DNA of 64,000 nt, taken from the NCBI GenBank assembly GCA_965178125.1, contig OZ237752.1, positions 124,001 to 188,000 of the forward strand, read 5' to 3'. The stretch is from Bilabrum cf. latius. Lineage: Eukaryota. The position numbers and the translations under genes are program-made. Below are positions 1-12,000 of the stretch, piece after piece; positions within the stretch are counted from its first letter, which is position 1; each line of letters begins with the position of its first letter. A model generated the notes under the pieces. The model searched no databases and was not told where the DNA came from. It saw nothing but the letters and a program-made list of their open reading frames with translations.

Positions 1-2
1 TG

Positions 3-3000
3 GCCAAAGAGTGGGTGCTGACCCTCGCCTGCCTGCAGGAGGTCAAGAGAAGGGCAAGGGCGGAATCATACCAGATCTCTCAAATCGCGCAGACTGCAAA
101 GAGGAGGGGGGCAGCGCAGGCGCAGGCGCACGGTGTCAGCGGGGGCAGGGGTGGATCATCCCCACCCGGGGCGGGCGGTGCGGTACCTGCACCCGTGGCG
201 TTCGAGCGGAAACGTCGGCACACATCCACGGCGAAGAACCTTGCGCTGGCCGGACTCACCTCTGCTGCCAAGAAGGCGGCCGAGGCATTCGCCGCGCCCG
301 GCAGCAGTGCTGCTGCTGGTGCAGGGGGAGACAAGGGCAAGGGCGGCGATGCATCGCAGGCAAAGGGGAAGAGCGGGGGTCTGTCCGCGGGGAAGAAGAA
401 GAGGGTCTGGAACGCGCTGCGAGACAGGCTGCGGCAGGTCGCGCCGAGGAAGGACAGCGGCAGCGAGGACGTCGAGTCCACCTATTCCAAGGGATCTCTC
501 GAGTCGTCTGGCACGGGGTTTATGGGCAGGCCTCGCGGGGGCAGCGCGCTGGCCGGCTCTGCCACGACCGCCACCGGCACGGGGGGATCGAGCGGGACGA
601 GCGGACCCAGCGCCTCTGCTCCTGGCACCAGCAGCACAGGCGGCAAGGGCGGTACATCGGGCCCGCAGTAGGCGGCGGCGGGAGCCACTGCATCCAGCGG
701 GACCTCCAGCGCCAGTGCCTCCAGCGGCGTGTCATCGAAGGAGATCCCGTGCAGACCCCTGCAGCCTCCACCGGAAGGACAGGGAGAGGGACAGGGGCAG
801 CCCAAGCAGGGCACGCTGGGCCCCGTACCCGCCGCGCCTGCAGATGCCCCGCCCCCTGCGGCATCGGGCAATCTTCATGTGAACGTGCCCGAGATCCGCC
901 GGAGGTCTGACGGGAGCGTCGGTTCCCTGCAGCCCCTGACTCCCGCCCTCACGATGCTGGACGGCGCCGTGGACGACTCACCCAGGGCCAGACACGCAAG
1001 GAAGCTGTCGGGCATGCTGGGGACCCCCAGCCCGGTGAGGAAGAGCGCGGGGGACAGGGACAGGTCGGGCTCTCGCGACGGGAAGCCCCCTGCGTACATG
1101 CTGCCTCCCACGCTCCGTGACGAGCACAGGTCCAGCTCCGAGGGACAGAAGCAGCAGGGGCAGACCGGCCTGCTGCACCCCGGCACCGGCACCGGCACCG
1201 GCACGGACGCGGACGGTACGACCTCCGTGGAATTGCGTCGGGCGAGCGGGTCCGGGATCAAAGACTCGAGGCTGCGGGAGCCGATCCGCTCCCCCTCGGC
1301 ACCGACCGTGGAGCAGACCACACCCACGGTCGGTGCCGGCGGCCAGGATTCTGACAGTGCATCCGCCTCCTCCTCGACGGGGGAACAAGGGCAAGGGCAA
1401 GGGGTGGCGGAGAATGCCCAGCGGCGCAGCAGCAACGGCAGCGTCAGGCGCAGCGTGGCTGGCTCGCCCATGGGTCCGGCGCGCTCGACGGGGACGGTGA
1501 GCGGAGGAGGAGGAGGAGGAGGAGAGGATGCCCCCCACACCCCGAGGGACGTAGGTAATCGGCAGCGGCTGTCCAGCCAGGGGTCCGCGGGCAGCGGGGG
1601 CAGGCCTCCCTTGCAGCAGCAGCATAATCAGCAATAGGAAGAGCAGGACATCATGGCCATGAAGAGACGGGCCTCGGCTGCCCGGCGGAGGCACCGGCAC
1701 GGGATAATCGGGCGAGGGAACACAACGCCCATGCGGATCCGGCCCCGGGACATCGTGCGGCACATCGAAGCCCTGGAAAAGAAGAACAGACAGGAGGCGG
1801 ACCGCATGAAGCGGCTCGCGGACCACGGGCACCACCATGCAGTGCACCATAAGAAGGGCAGGGGCGCCGGCAGGGCGGCGGCTGGAGAAGGGGGTGGATC
1901 CGCGACGGGCAGTTCTTCGTCGCACTCGTCACACCCGGGGGCCGCCGCCCAGCCCGGCAAGCCGGGGCCCCGCGCGAGCCGCGTGCGCCGGCAGACGATG
2001 CGCTGGATGCAGAGCGGGCTCATGTCTAGGGACGTGGCGCAGCGGCTGGTGGAGCAGGCGCACGATGAGGACGACGAAGCGAGGGCGGCTGCGGCTGCGC
2101 GGCGGGCGCAGAGGGCGGCGGGCTCGCAGGCGGGGTCTTCGGGCTCGGGCACCGGGTCCTCCACGCCTAGATCGGGCGCAGACGGCCGGGTGGTGGTGAC
2201 CCTGGCGGACGCGACCGGTGTGGGGTCGTCTTCTGGTGGCAGCTACCTGGGCCCGGGCGACGTTGAGTTCGGCGAGGGAGACCAGTACGGGGTGCCAGGG
2301 GACCGGAGCTCACTCACCGGCGTGCATGAGGCCAAGGAGGGGGAGGGGTCAGAGGGGGGCGATGGGTACTCGGACAGCGGGGAGGACGAGGACGACGATC
2401 TGCTGGCCGGGATGTTCGCCCCACTGCCCTCGGAGCGCGACGTGGAAGCGGACCTCTCCACCCCCATGGTGGAGGGGGCAGACCCTTTGGGAGGCATGGA
2501 CCAGGAAGGCCTGGCGGAGGCGGACAAAGGGGCGCCCAGTGGACAGTGGGTGCGCCGCAGGAGGCCAGAGGACATCGCGAGGAGACTGCCGACCGTGGAG
2601 GCTTGCAATGCAATGCTTAAGGTGTATGCTACGAGGGGCCAGGCGGAGAGCGCCGCTGCTTTCTTGGCCTGCATGGAGGAGCAGGGGCCCCGCAAGGCGC
2701 CCAATGCGGAGAGCTGGGCGCACCTGATCCGCGCCCTGGGCAGCTCCGGCCTTCTGGTGGATGCAGAGGAGATCTTCGAGGAGCTCGGTCAGGACAAGGG
2801 CAGCGGGCTGCCGCCGCCGGAGTGCAGGTGGGCGATGCTCGAGGTGTGGGCCAAGCACGGCCTCGTGGACAGGGCGCGGACTCTCCTGGACGCGGTGCGG
2901 GCGGGAGGAGAGATCCCCCCGCAGGGGCAGTGGGCGCTTCTTGTGCGGGCTGCGGGGGCCGCGGGGGACCCCGAAGGCGTGGAGGCGGCGCTGGCCGAGT

Positions 3001-6000
3001 CTGTGAGCGGGGCGGGGGGCGAGGCACCCAGTCCCGCAGTGCTGGCAGCATTCGTCGAGGCATGCGCAGACGCCGGCGATTTGGCGAGGGCGGAGGGTGC
3101 AGTGGAGGCGATGCTGCTGAGGGGGCACCAGCAGCAGGAGGGTCGCAAGCACGCCCAGCTGGGTCTCATGGGCCCCGGGGCCGGTGTGGGGATCTCCATG
3201 GGCGCGGGTGGCGCCTCCCCCGGGGGCATCTCGTCCTCCTCCTCGTCTGCCTCGTCGTTTGGCGGGGGCCCAGTGGTGGCGGCGCTGGCCCGCGAGGCGG
3301 CCATGACAGAGGCGGCCCGGGTGTTTGGTGACTCGGACGAAAGCAGCTGGGTGTCGGAGGAGCGGGCGGAGAGCGTGGTGCGTGGCGCCGCCGACGGAAC
3401 CGAGGACCCGCTGGAGGTGGAGGAGCGCCGTGCGGCACGCAAACGCGCGGTGGATGCGCGGCGCCGGTCCGCGGAACGCGTGCTCCCCGTCGTGGCCCAC
3501 GCCCCCACCCCCGCCGTGTTTGCCGCTCTGATCCGAGGGTACGGCAAGGCCGGGCGCCTGCGCGCAGCCAGGCGCGTGTTCTCGCTGCTCCGAGCCACGG
3601 CGGAGAGGGCCGCCATGGAGGCTGCTGCGGCGGCGCGGCGCCGAGGGCTCGGGGCAGCCGACGCGGAGGAGGCCTCCATGAGCGTGCGGCGTCGGAGCGT
3701 GTCGCTGGACGCCTACAACGCGATGGTTGGCGCGCTGGCAGAGGCCGCCATGCCGGAGCAGGCCAAGGCCGTGCTGCTCGAGATGGACGCGGCCGGCATG
3801 CGGCCCGACGCGCGGACGTACTCGCTGCTCATCTCCGCGTACGGACGGCGCGGCCGCACGCGGGAGGCCAGGGCGATCTTCCAGCTAGCGCAGGAAGGGG
3901 AGCTGGCAGACCACGTGGAGACGGTGAACGCGGTGCTGGGGGCGTACAGGGAGGCGGACGGGGTCTCCTCCGCGACTTCCTTCGGCTCTGGTCCCTTGGC
4001 TGCTTCGCAGGTCACGCCCGTGGCTGGCAGCAGCAGCGCCGCGTCCGGCGGCGCTGCTGCTGGTGCAGGCTCGCACAGCAGGGGCAGGAGCAGCGGTTCC
4101 TGGGGCCTTGACGAGGACGGCCTGGAGATGCCCGGGTCTGCTGCCGCTGCGGTGGGAGGCGTAGGCAGTAGCCAGATCGGTGGGCCCCGCCGGAGCTCTG
4201 CACTGGCCGAGGCAGCGTACAGGGGCATGACTCGGCGAACAGAGGGCGGCATGCCACTGCAGCCGGACGCAGGCACGTTTGCCGCCTTGCTGCGGGCCGC
4301 GGTGGACAGGGAGCCCATGGATCGCAAGAGCGCGCTCGCCGGCGTGCTGCGGCGCATGCGGGAGCGCAAGGTGGCCCCCTTGGAGGGAATGTACGCCGCA
4401 CTGCTGGGGAACAGCGGTCAGGGCGGGGACGGGGCGGAGGGGGGCTCCTCCGGGTCGTCTGGCGGCAGCGCGGGCGGCGCTGGGGCTGGGGCCGGCGGCG
4501 GTGCTGGAAGGGGCGGACGGGGACCAGCCGTCGTGCCTGACGTGGCCGACGCGCTTGCTGAGCTGGTGGAGCGCGATGCGCTCGGGGTGTGGCGGCGCAC
4601 GCGCGTGGCCGAATCTCTGTGCGGCGCGTTCGTGTCGGCGGGACGGCTTGCAGACGCGGAGGCGGTGATGGGCTCTCTGGCCCAGGAGGCGGACGCTGGG
4701 TGGGCGCGCTGGGCCGAGGGTGCGGGCAGGGCGGCAAGGGAGACCATCGCTGCAGGGGGTGTGGCGGACGGGGAACAGGGTGGGGCGGATGGGTAGGAAG
4801 GGGGCGCCCAGGGGCGCATATCTAGGATGCAGCTGCGCGCTGCCGAGCTTCGGGCCGATGCAGCGGTGTGGGCGCGCAAGGCGGCGGCGGTTGCCAGGTG
4901 CTTTGGGCGTCTGGTGGTGCAGCGGGCGCAATCGGGTGACACCGACGCGGCCGCGGGCCTGCGACGAAAGCTGCTTGAATCTGGGTCTGTGCGCCGGCTG
5001 CTGTCCCTTGTGCAGAGGGCCTTCCCCTGTCTGATCGTCGAGCACTTCCTGCTGGAAGGGTCACTCGGGGGCGGGCGGGCCAGGGACACAGAGGCGAGGG
5101 GGGCCGCCCGGGCGCTGGCCAGCCGCCTCCTGCCAGGGCCGGACGAGCTGCGCGCAGCAGAAGACGCGCTGGACTGGGTGGACGCGGCCGACATGGCTCT
5201 GGTGGTGGCCTTTGGAGCAGCACGCAGGCTGGCGGAATCATGTGCGGCCCTGCAGTGCGTGCTCCGGAGAAGGAGCAGGTACGGCCGGGCGGTCGCGGAG
5301 AGGCAGGCCCGCCGGGATGCGGGAGACCTGCCTCCCGTCTAGGCGGAGGCCGTGCGGGTGCATCGCACTGCGGAGCTGGAGCGGGCCGGGCTCGAGGAGG
5401 AGGGGGTCGAGCAGCAGCGATTCAGCCTGCGCGATGACGAATCCGCCGCCGATGGATCCAACCCGTTCCTGCAAGGCATCCAAGCCGAAGACGGGGACGA
5501 CATCGGGGGAGTCTGGGCGGCTGCGGGCGCCCCGGGTGCGCGCGGGGGTCGTTCGGGCGGCCCGATGGCACTCGGCGGGGTGTCGTCGCGCACGATAGAC
5601 CCCTTAGCCGACCTGCCGAGCACTAGCACGCTCTGGGGCTGGCGGTTTGCCCGCACCATGGTGGAGCGGCAGCGGCGGGTGGCCGAGGCGGAAGCGGAGG
5701 AGAACAGCCGGGGAGGACAAGGGCAGCGGCAGCCGAGGCCAATCAGGCTTCAGAGCCCGCTGGGCGCAGGCAGCGTGCTGGGGATGTCCAGGTCGGCAAC
5801 GTTCAGCGGCTTCACCATAGACGGGGTGTCGGCAGGCGGCATTGGAACGCGGGAACGAGGCGCTGCCTACAGCGCTGCATCCGTGGCAGTGGTAGGAGGC
5901 AGGCGGGGACCGGTGCAGTGGGCCCTGGGTTTGCTCGTGGGCTAGAGCCAGGGGCTGGTCTGGAGCGGCGGGTCACCATCGCATGCCGCGGGTCACGATG

Positions 6001-9000
6001 CGCAGTTCACCACGTCAGCATCCGCCGACCTCTCCCGGGAATGTGCCGACGACGCCGCGCCGCTCCTGGCCCTGGCCGCCGGTGTGGCTCTGGCGGGCGC
6101 GGGGCCGGATGCGGCTGCCCGCGCCCTGCTTGGGCTCGCCACGCGGGAAGGCGTCCTCCCCACCCCCGCAGTCGTGGTGCAGCTGCTGCGTGCAGCCGTG
6201 GCCGCTGGCCGCGGCGACGAGTCGCTCCGCTTGCTGCGGGCCTGTCGCACGGTGGCCGCCGGGCTGGGCGCCACGCCTGCGCAGGAGCAGGCTCTGGCAC
6301 ACTCGCCCGAGGTGGCCGCGGCGTGCCTCCGGGCTTTAGGCTCGGAGGGCAGGGCCGGCGACCTCGTGCGGTTCTGGGAGTCCCACAAGTAGCACCGCAG
6401 GGCCTCCGCCGCGAGAGCCAGGGAACAAGGGCAGGGTGCATCGCAGGGCGGCGGGGCCGGCGGCATGCGGGCGGCTGGAGCCTTTGCAGCCGAGGACGAG
6501 GACGATGGCAGGGAGGCAGCGAGCACGAGCACGGCCAGCGTGCGGCCCCCGCCCCGGTCTCCGAGAGGTGTGCCGCATCCGGCGGTCGCCCTTGCGATGC
6601 TGCAGGCACTGCCGCAGTGCATTGCACCCGCAACCACCGATGCCTCAGGCCCCTCCCCCTCCCCCTCCTCCCCCTCCCACCCCCGGCAAGGCATCCAGGC
6701 AGGAGACGCCCTGGCCCTCGCCCGCGCATGCGTGCGGGAGCAGGCCAACTGTCCCGTTGTTCCCTATGCCCCCGGGGTCCTGGAACTGTGTTCCCTGAGT
6801 GAGGCACTGCTGGCGACCGGGGCTCCGAGGTCTGCCCGAGCTCTCCTGCGCCAGCTGCTGGCCAGCGTGTGCGGGGAGGCGTTCGGGCCCACCAGGCTGC
6901 GGCAGGAGGACGAGGAGGACCAGCGGAAGGGGAGGCTGCCGGGAGAGGCCGGTGGCAGCGGCGGTGCCATAGCGGAAGAGGCGGACGCCCTGCCTGCCTG
7001 CGACAAGAAGGACGGGCTGCTGTTCGGTGCCGAGGACCCTGTGGGTGCATCGCACGCCTCTGTGGAGCAAGCCAGGCTGCTGGTGGAGCTGACCAGGGTG
7101 CTGCCGCCCGGGTCTGCGGGTGTGGTGCTAGGTGCAGGCGCGGACGCGAAGAGGCAGGGGTAGTTGCGGGCAGCGCGAGGGGAAGACGATTCGCAGCTGG
7201 GCGCCGTGGCTGCACTGGCGGCGGGTCGGGGCCTGCTGGGATCCGCTGCGGGCGCTACTCTCCGGGCGATGGCCGGTGCAGCACCTCCGCTGGACGCCCC
7301 CTCCTTTTGTTCCCTGGCTTTGGCGCTGGGGCGCGCCGGTCTCTCCCACGAGATCGGCGGGCTGGTGGAGGCGGCTGAGGGCACGGGGTCCCCGGCGCTG
7401 GGCACCGCCAACGGGACGGCTCAGGCGGTGAGCATGGGGCTGGCTGCGGCGGGGGCCGCGGAGGCGTCGGCAGCCGTGTGGAGCGACTCTCGATTCGAGG
7501 TGGACCCGGCTGTTGTTCCCCGGGCGGCGTCGAGCGACCCGCTGTGCCCCGCGCTGCGGCAGGCCCTCAGGGAGGCAATGGACGCGAGGCGGAGGAGGGG
7601 CGAGTCCACCGCTGGATTGGCAGGGCATGACGAGGGCGGGGGGGCGGGGTCGATTAGTGCAAGGGGTGGCATGGGCAGATCCAGGGGCAGGGGCAGGGGC
7701 AACTCGGTGCGTCAATCCCTCGAGTCCCTCGCGCGAGACGGGGGGGAGGAAGAGGACGAGGAGGAGGACGAGGGCAAGCTGGGCCTGGGCCGGCCCTCCT
7801 CTTCGTCCTCGTCTTCCTAGGGACTGGCCGCGGTGGCAGGGGACCTTATGACGGCCGCGGGGGCGCAGCGGTCCACCCTAGACGGTCCCAGGGGCGCCGC
7901 CTCCGTCGCCACGTCAGCGCACGTGGTGGCCCTGTGTTCCGCGGGGTTCGTGCACGCGGCAGTGTACACGGCCGAGGTGGCCTGCGCCCGCCGTCTGAGG
8001 CTGCTGTCCGACGCCGTGACGGCGCTGCTGGAGGCGTGCTGTTCCCTGGGCCGGGAAAAGATGCGGGAGGGAAGCCGGTTCGGACCCGGGGCCGCACTCG
8101 TCACACAGTCTCAGGACAGGGACGGGTCAGCCCCGGGGTCGAAACCGCCATCCCTCGCCTCCTCCCCCCCAACCTCCTCCTCCTCCGCGGGGGGGGGCTT
8201 GGCCACGTCACTTGGGGCCACTGCCAGCGGCGCCGCCCTCGCCCTCCTGACGGGTGCTGCGCTGCCTCCCATGCCAGCGGAGACGCGGGAGCTCCTGAAG
8301 CAGGCGAGGGCGAGAGGCAGCGCTGGCTCGTCCCTTCCTCACTCTCGGTCCACCAGCCGCTCCTCATCCCCCGGGAGCCTGGCCGTGTCCACGGTGGCAG
8401 GGGGTGCGGGCGCCGTGTCAGGCGGCGGTGGGGGGGTGGACCCCGGCAGCCTGACAGACGCGCTGGCGATGGATACTCTCCGCGGCACCCGACTCGCCTT
8501 GCCCGAGGGTGTTTGTCTGCTCGCGCGGCTAGAGCACGTGGGGGCCGGCCAGCGGACGCTGGGGTGGGGCCCCCGGCCGCGGGATGTGAGGGTGCTGGTG
8601 CAGCTGTACGGGATGGCAGGGGAGGTGCAGGCGGCCGAGAGCCTGGCGTTCGCGGCGCTGGACGGCTGCAGCTCCGGCGCGGCTGCGGTGCGGCCCGGTG
8701 GAGAGGCGAGGCGGAGGCTTAGGGCGAGGCACGCCGCGGCACTGGCTGCGGATGCAGCGGCCTCTGTAGCGATGCGCCCGGGCTCCGCGCCGGGGCCAGA
8801 GTCGGGTGGGTCGGGCATGCGGGAGGAGGTTCCCAGGGGCCACCTGGTGCACATGTCGGGGGGTCGGACACGTGCCCTGCGGCGGGACTCGCTGGGATTG
8901 CACGCCAGTGCCGATGAGGTGGCCTGGGTGTGGGGCACGGGCGCCGCTTCGGGTGCCGGAGTGGGGGCTGCGTCAGGATCTGGGTCGCACTTTGCGCCAG

Positions 9001-12000
9001 AGGCAGGTGCTGCCGCGGATGCCGCGTTCATGGAACGCGCGCGCGGCGAAGGTCTCGAAGAGTCCGTGGCTGTGGCGGCTGATGCCAGGGCCGAGGCAGC
9101 TGGGCTGGCGGCGGACGGCGGCATGCTCTTCGGCAAGCCGCATGCCGCGCGGATGGCGCACCGGGAGGTGCTGGGGCTAGGGGATGGCGAGGACGATGAG
9201 GCAGAGGACAGGGAACTACAACAACGAGGAGGAGAAGAGAAGCCGCTCGCCCTGACGGATGGGTCGCCCGGGTCCTCCCAAGCCTTCTATCTCCCATTGA
9301 TGGAGGCAGGAGACCTGCGAGGAGAGAAGGAGCAGTCGCAGGGGGGGGCTTTCGTGCCAGCAACCATGAGCCCCACGAGGCAACAGCAATAGCAATAGCG
9401 GCGATCAAAATTGGAATCTGGAGCACGGAGCCGTCGGGCCGCAGACTCGAGCGCCGCCTCTGCACTTCGCGCGCTGGCCAACGCCGCGCTCACCCCCGGC
9501 CACGGGGTCGCGCCCTCGTCCCAAGCAGCCGCCCGAGAGGTCGCTGCCGGCTTGCTGGGCGCGCTGGTGAGTGCCTGGGCCTGCGCCCCCAGGTCTGCGT
9601 ACTCTGCCGGTAGCGTATCCCGGCTCTCACTGGAGGTGGTGCGGGCTGCCGCGGGTGATCTCGACTTAGGCGACCTTCCCTGGGTAGAGGCCGGCTGTCG
9701 GCAGGTCGAGTGGAGGCTGCAGCGGCACGGGCTGGTTCTGGACCCGCCCTTGCCCCGGGGCGTTCAGATGGCGCGGGTGCTGGCGGCTGGCTCCTCCGAG
9801 GCTGCTGCGGACGCGGGTGGTCTCCCCGCAGGGGACATCAGGCACCTCTTGCCGGTGGCGGGTAGCACCGGCACAGGGGCGGGTTCCCTTGTACTGAGGG
9901 CGCGGGCCGCCGGGCTGCTCTTCGCGGCTGCCGAGGATCTGCGGTGCGATCAGCGGCTGCGAGGGTGCGTGATGGCACTGGCCAGCAAAGAAGCCGCCAC
10001 CGCTGCCTAGAAACGGACCACGGAGACGCAGCAGCAGCAAGGCGGTGCCGGCAAGCCTCGGTCAGCGTTCGCGTCCAAGTTCAGCCCTTCCTCTCCCGAG
10101 AGGCGCGTGGCATTCACCGAGGACCGGTCAGGGAACAACGCGCCGGGGAACAACGAGGGCGCCCAGGATGCCGCGCGCAGGGCTAGGGCCGCGGCGGGCC
10201 ACGCCCGCGCCCCCTTGCCCGGCTCGCTCCCTGCCGCTAGCCTCGTGTCCGTCCTGGCCTCCGTGGGCATCGGCACGACGCTGGCGCCGCCCAGGTGCAG
10301 CGAAGCGCCCAGGCGGAGGGCAGCAGCCCAGGCCTACCTGGCCTCGTTGCCCAAGCGGGACCCAGGTCCGCCTTCCGAGCTCTCAGGGGGTACTGGGGGA
10401 GGAGGTGTGGGGGCTGGTGGGTCGTACACGGATGCCGATGAGGTGCTGGGTCTGGCCGCGGGGATGCCAGGCGTGCCTGCGCTGCGGCACGTCGGTGGTG
10501 GTGGTGGCGACAGCAGGGGCGGTGCGGGTGGAGTGGGTGTGAATGTGCCGCGCGGGGGAGGACGCGATGGTCCTGCGTGGACTGCGCTTCTTGGCGACGA
10601 CGGGCAGGGTGAGCTGCCTGCCGGCCTCTTCTTCGGGGAACAGCGACCAGGAGGAGGGGAGGAGGAGGAGAAAGAGGAGGGGCGGCGGGCGGATCGGATC
10701 AGGCGCGCCGCGGGAGGGGCCGGCGGGGGGGAGGGAGGGGACGCGGAGCGGCAGCTCGCCGCGAGTAGTATTGGCTCCGGGTCTGTGGGCGGGCGCCCCG
10801 ACGTGGAGGGGAGGGCGAGGAGCCTCCGGGCGAAGCTGCTCGAGGCCGGGTCCGTTGTGACCGAGCCTGACGTCAGGGCTGTGGAGGCCGAGGTTATGGC
10901 GCTGGCGCTAGAGGGAGACGACCTGCGGAAGCTGCGGAACGAGGCGGAAGCGGAACTGCGGCGGGTCGCGCAGGCCCTTGAAGAGGAGGAAGAGGATCTC
11001 CGGGACGAGGACGGCATGGCCGGGGGCACCACAGCGGCGGCATCGCTCGAGGCGGCAGCGGCCATGGTGGGGTCGTCCACTCGTCACACCGTGGATGACG
11101 GGGTAGGGAGTGGTAGAGGTTCCCCGGACCGCCACTCGTCACACCCCGCAGCCGACGGAGTGCTCCTGCTCGCCCGCAGGACGAGGGCGCTTCGGGCGGC
11201 TCTGACCGACTTGGAGACCCAGGGCACGGCGGCCCGGGAGGCCTGGACCGAGGGGCAGACGGCGGGGTTCCATCCCGCGGACAGGCCCGCCAACCGGCTC
11301 GTGCCGTCGGGCGCCGGAGAAGGTGGACTCGGAGCCGAGGAAGACGATGTTGTGGTGCCCGTGTCAGCGGCGGTGGGGTCCTTCGAGCGGTGGGCGGAGC
11401 ACTCGCAGGCGATCGAGGAGGAGGAGCAGGCCGCCAGGGAACAACTGGCGGACGTGTCTCGCCGCATCGCTGCACTGGAGCTGGCCCAGGACGAGGCCCT
11501 CAGGAGGTTCCGCATAATGCAGCGGCGCGGCGCCCACGAGGCGCGGGAGGCCTCCAGGCGGGCCCGGGGGCTAGACTCGACTCCCGGGGAGGACCAGGGG
11601 CAGGGGCGTGCCGGCCAGGAGGGGTAGTCCGGCTCAGGAAACAAGGCCCCGGAGGTGGCCGGGCTGCTGTCCACGGCGGCCGCTGCCGCAGCCCCACCCC
11701 AGGATGCGATGCGTGCCCCCGGGGGCCGGGGGGGCAGTGACCCCACCGGGGGGACGCAGGGAGACGGGCGGGAGGAAGAGAACCCCCCCCATGGCCGGGG
11801 TCCCGCGGGCGTGGATGAGGCGCTGCTGCCGCGAGCCCTCGTGGCGGCTTTGGGCTCCGAGTCGTCGCTCCCCGCCGTGGTGCTGTCGCCGTTCTCTGCC
11901 GCAGTGGTGCGCGCACAGACCGCCCGGGCCGTGGCGGCGGAGCGCTCAAGACTGCTGGCCTCTCGGCTGGCGGCGCAGCGCCGGTTCGAGGCGGCCCTGG

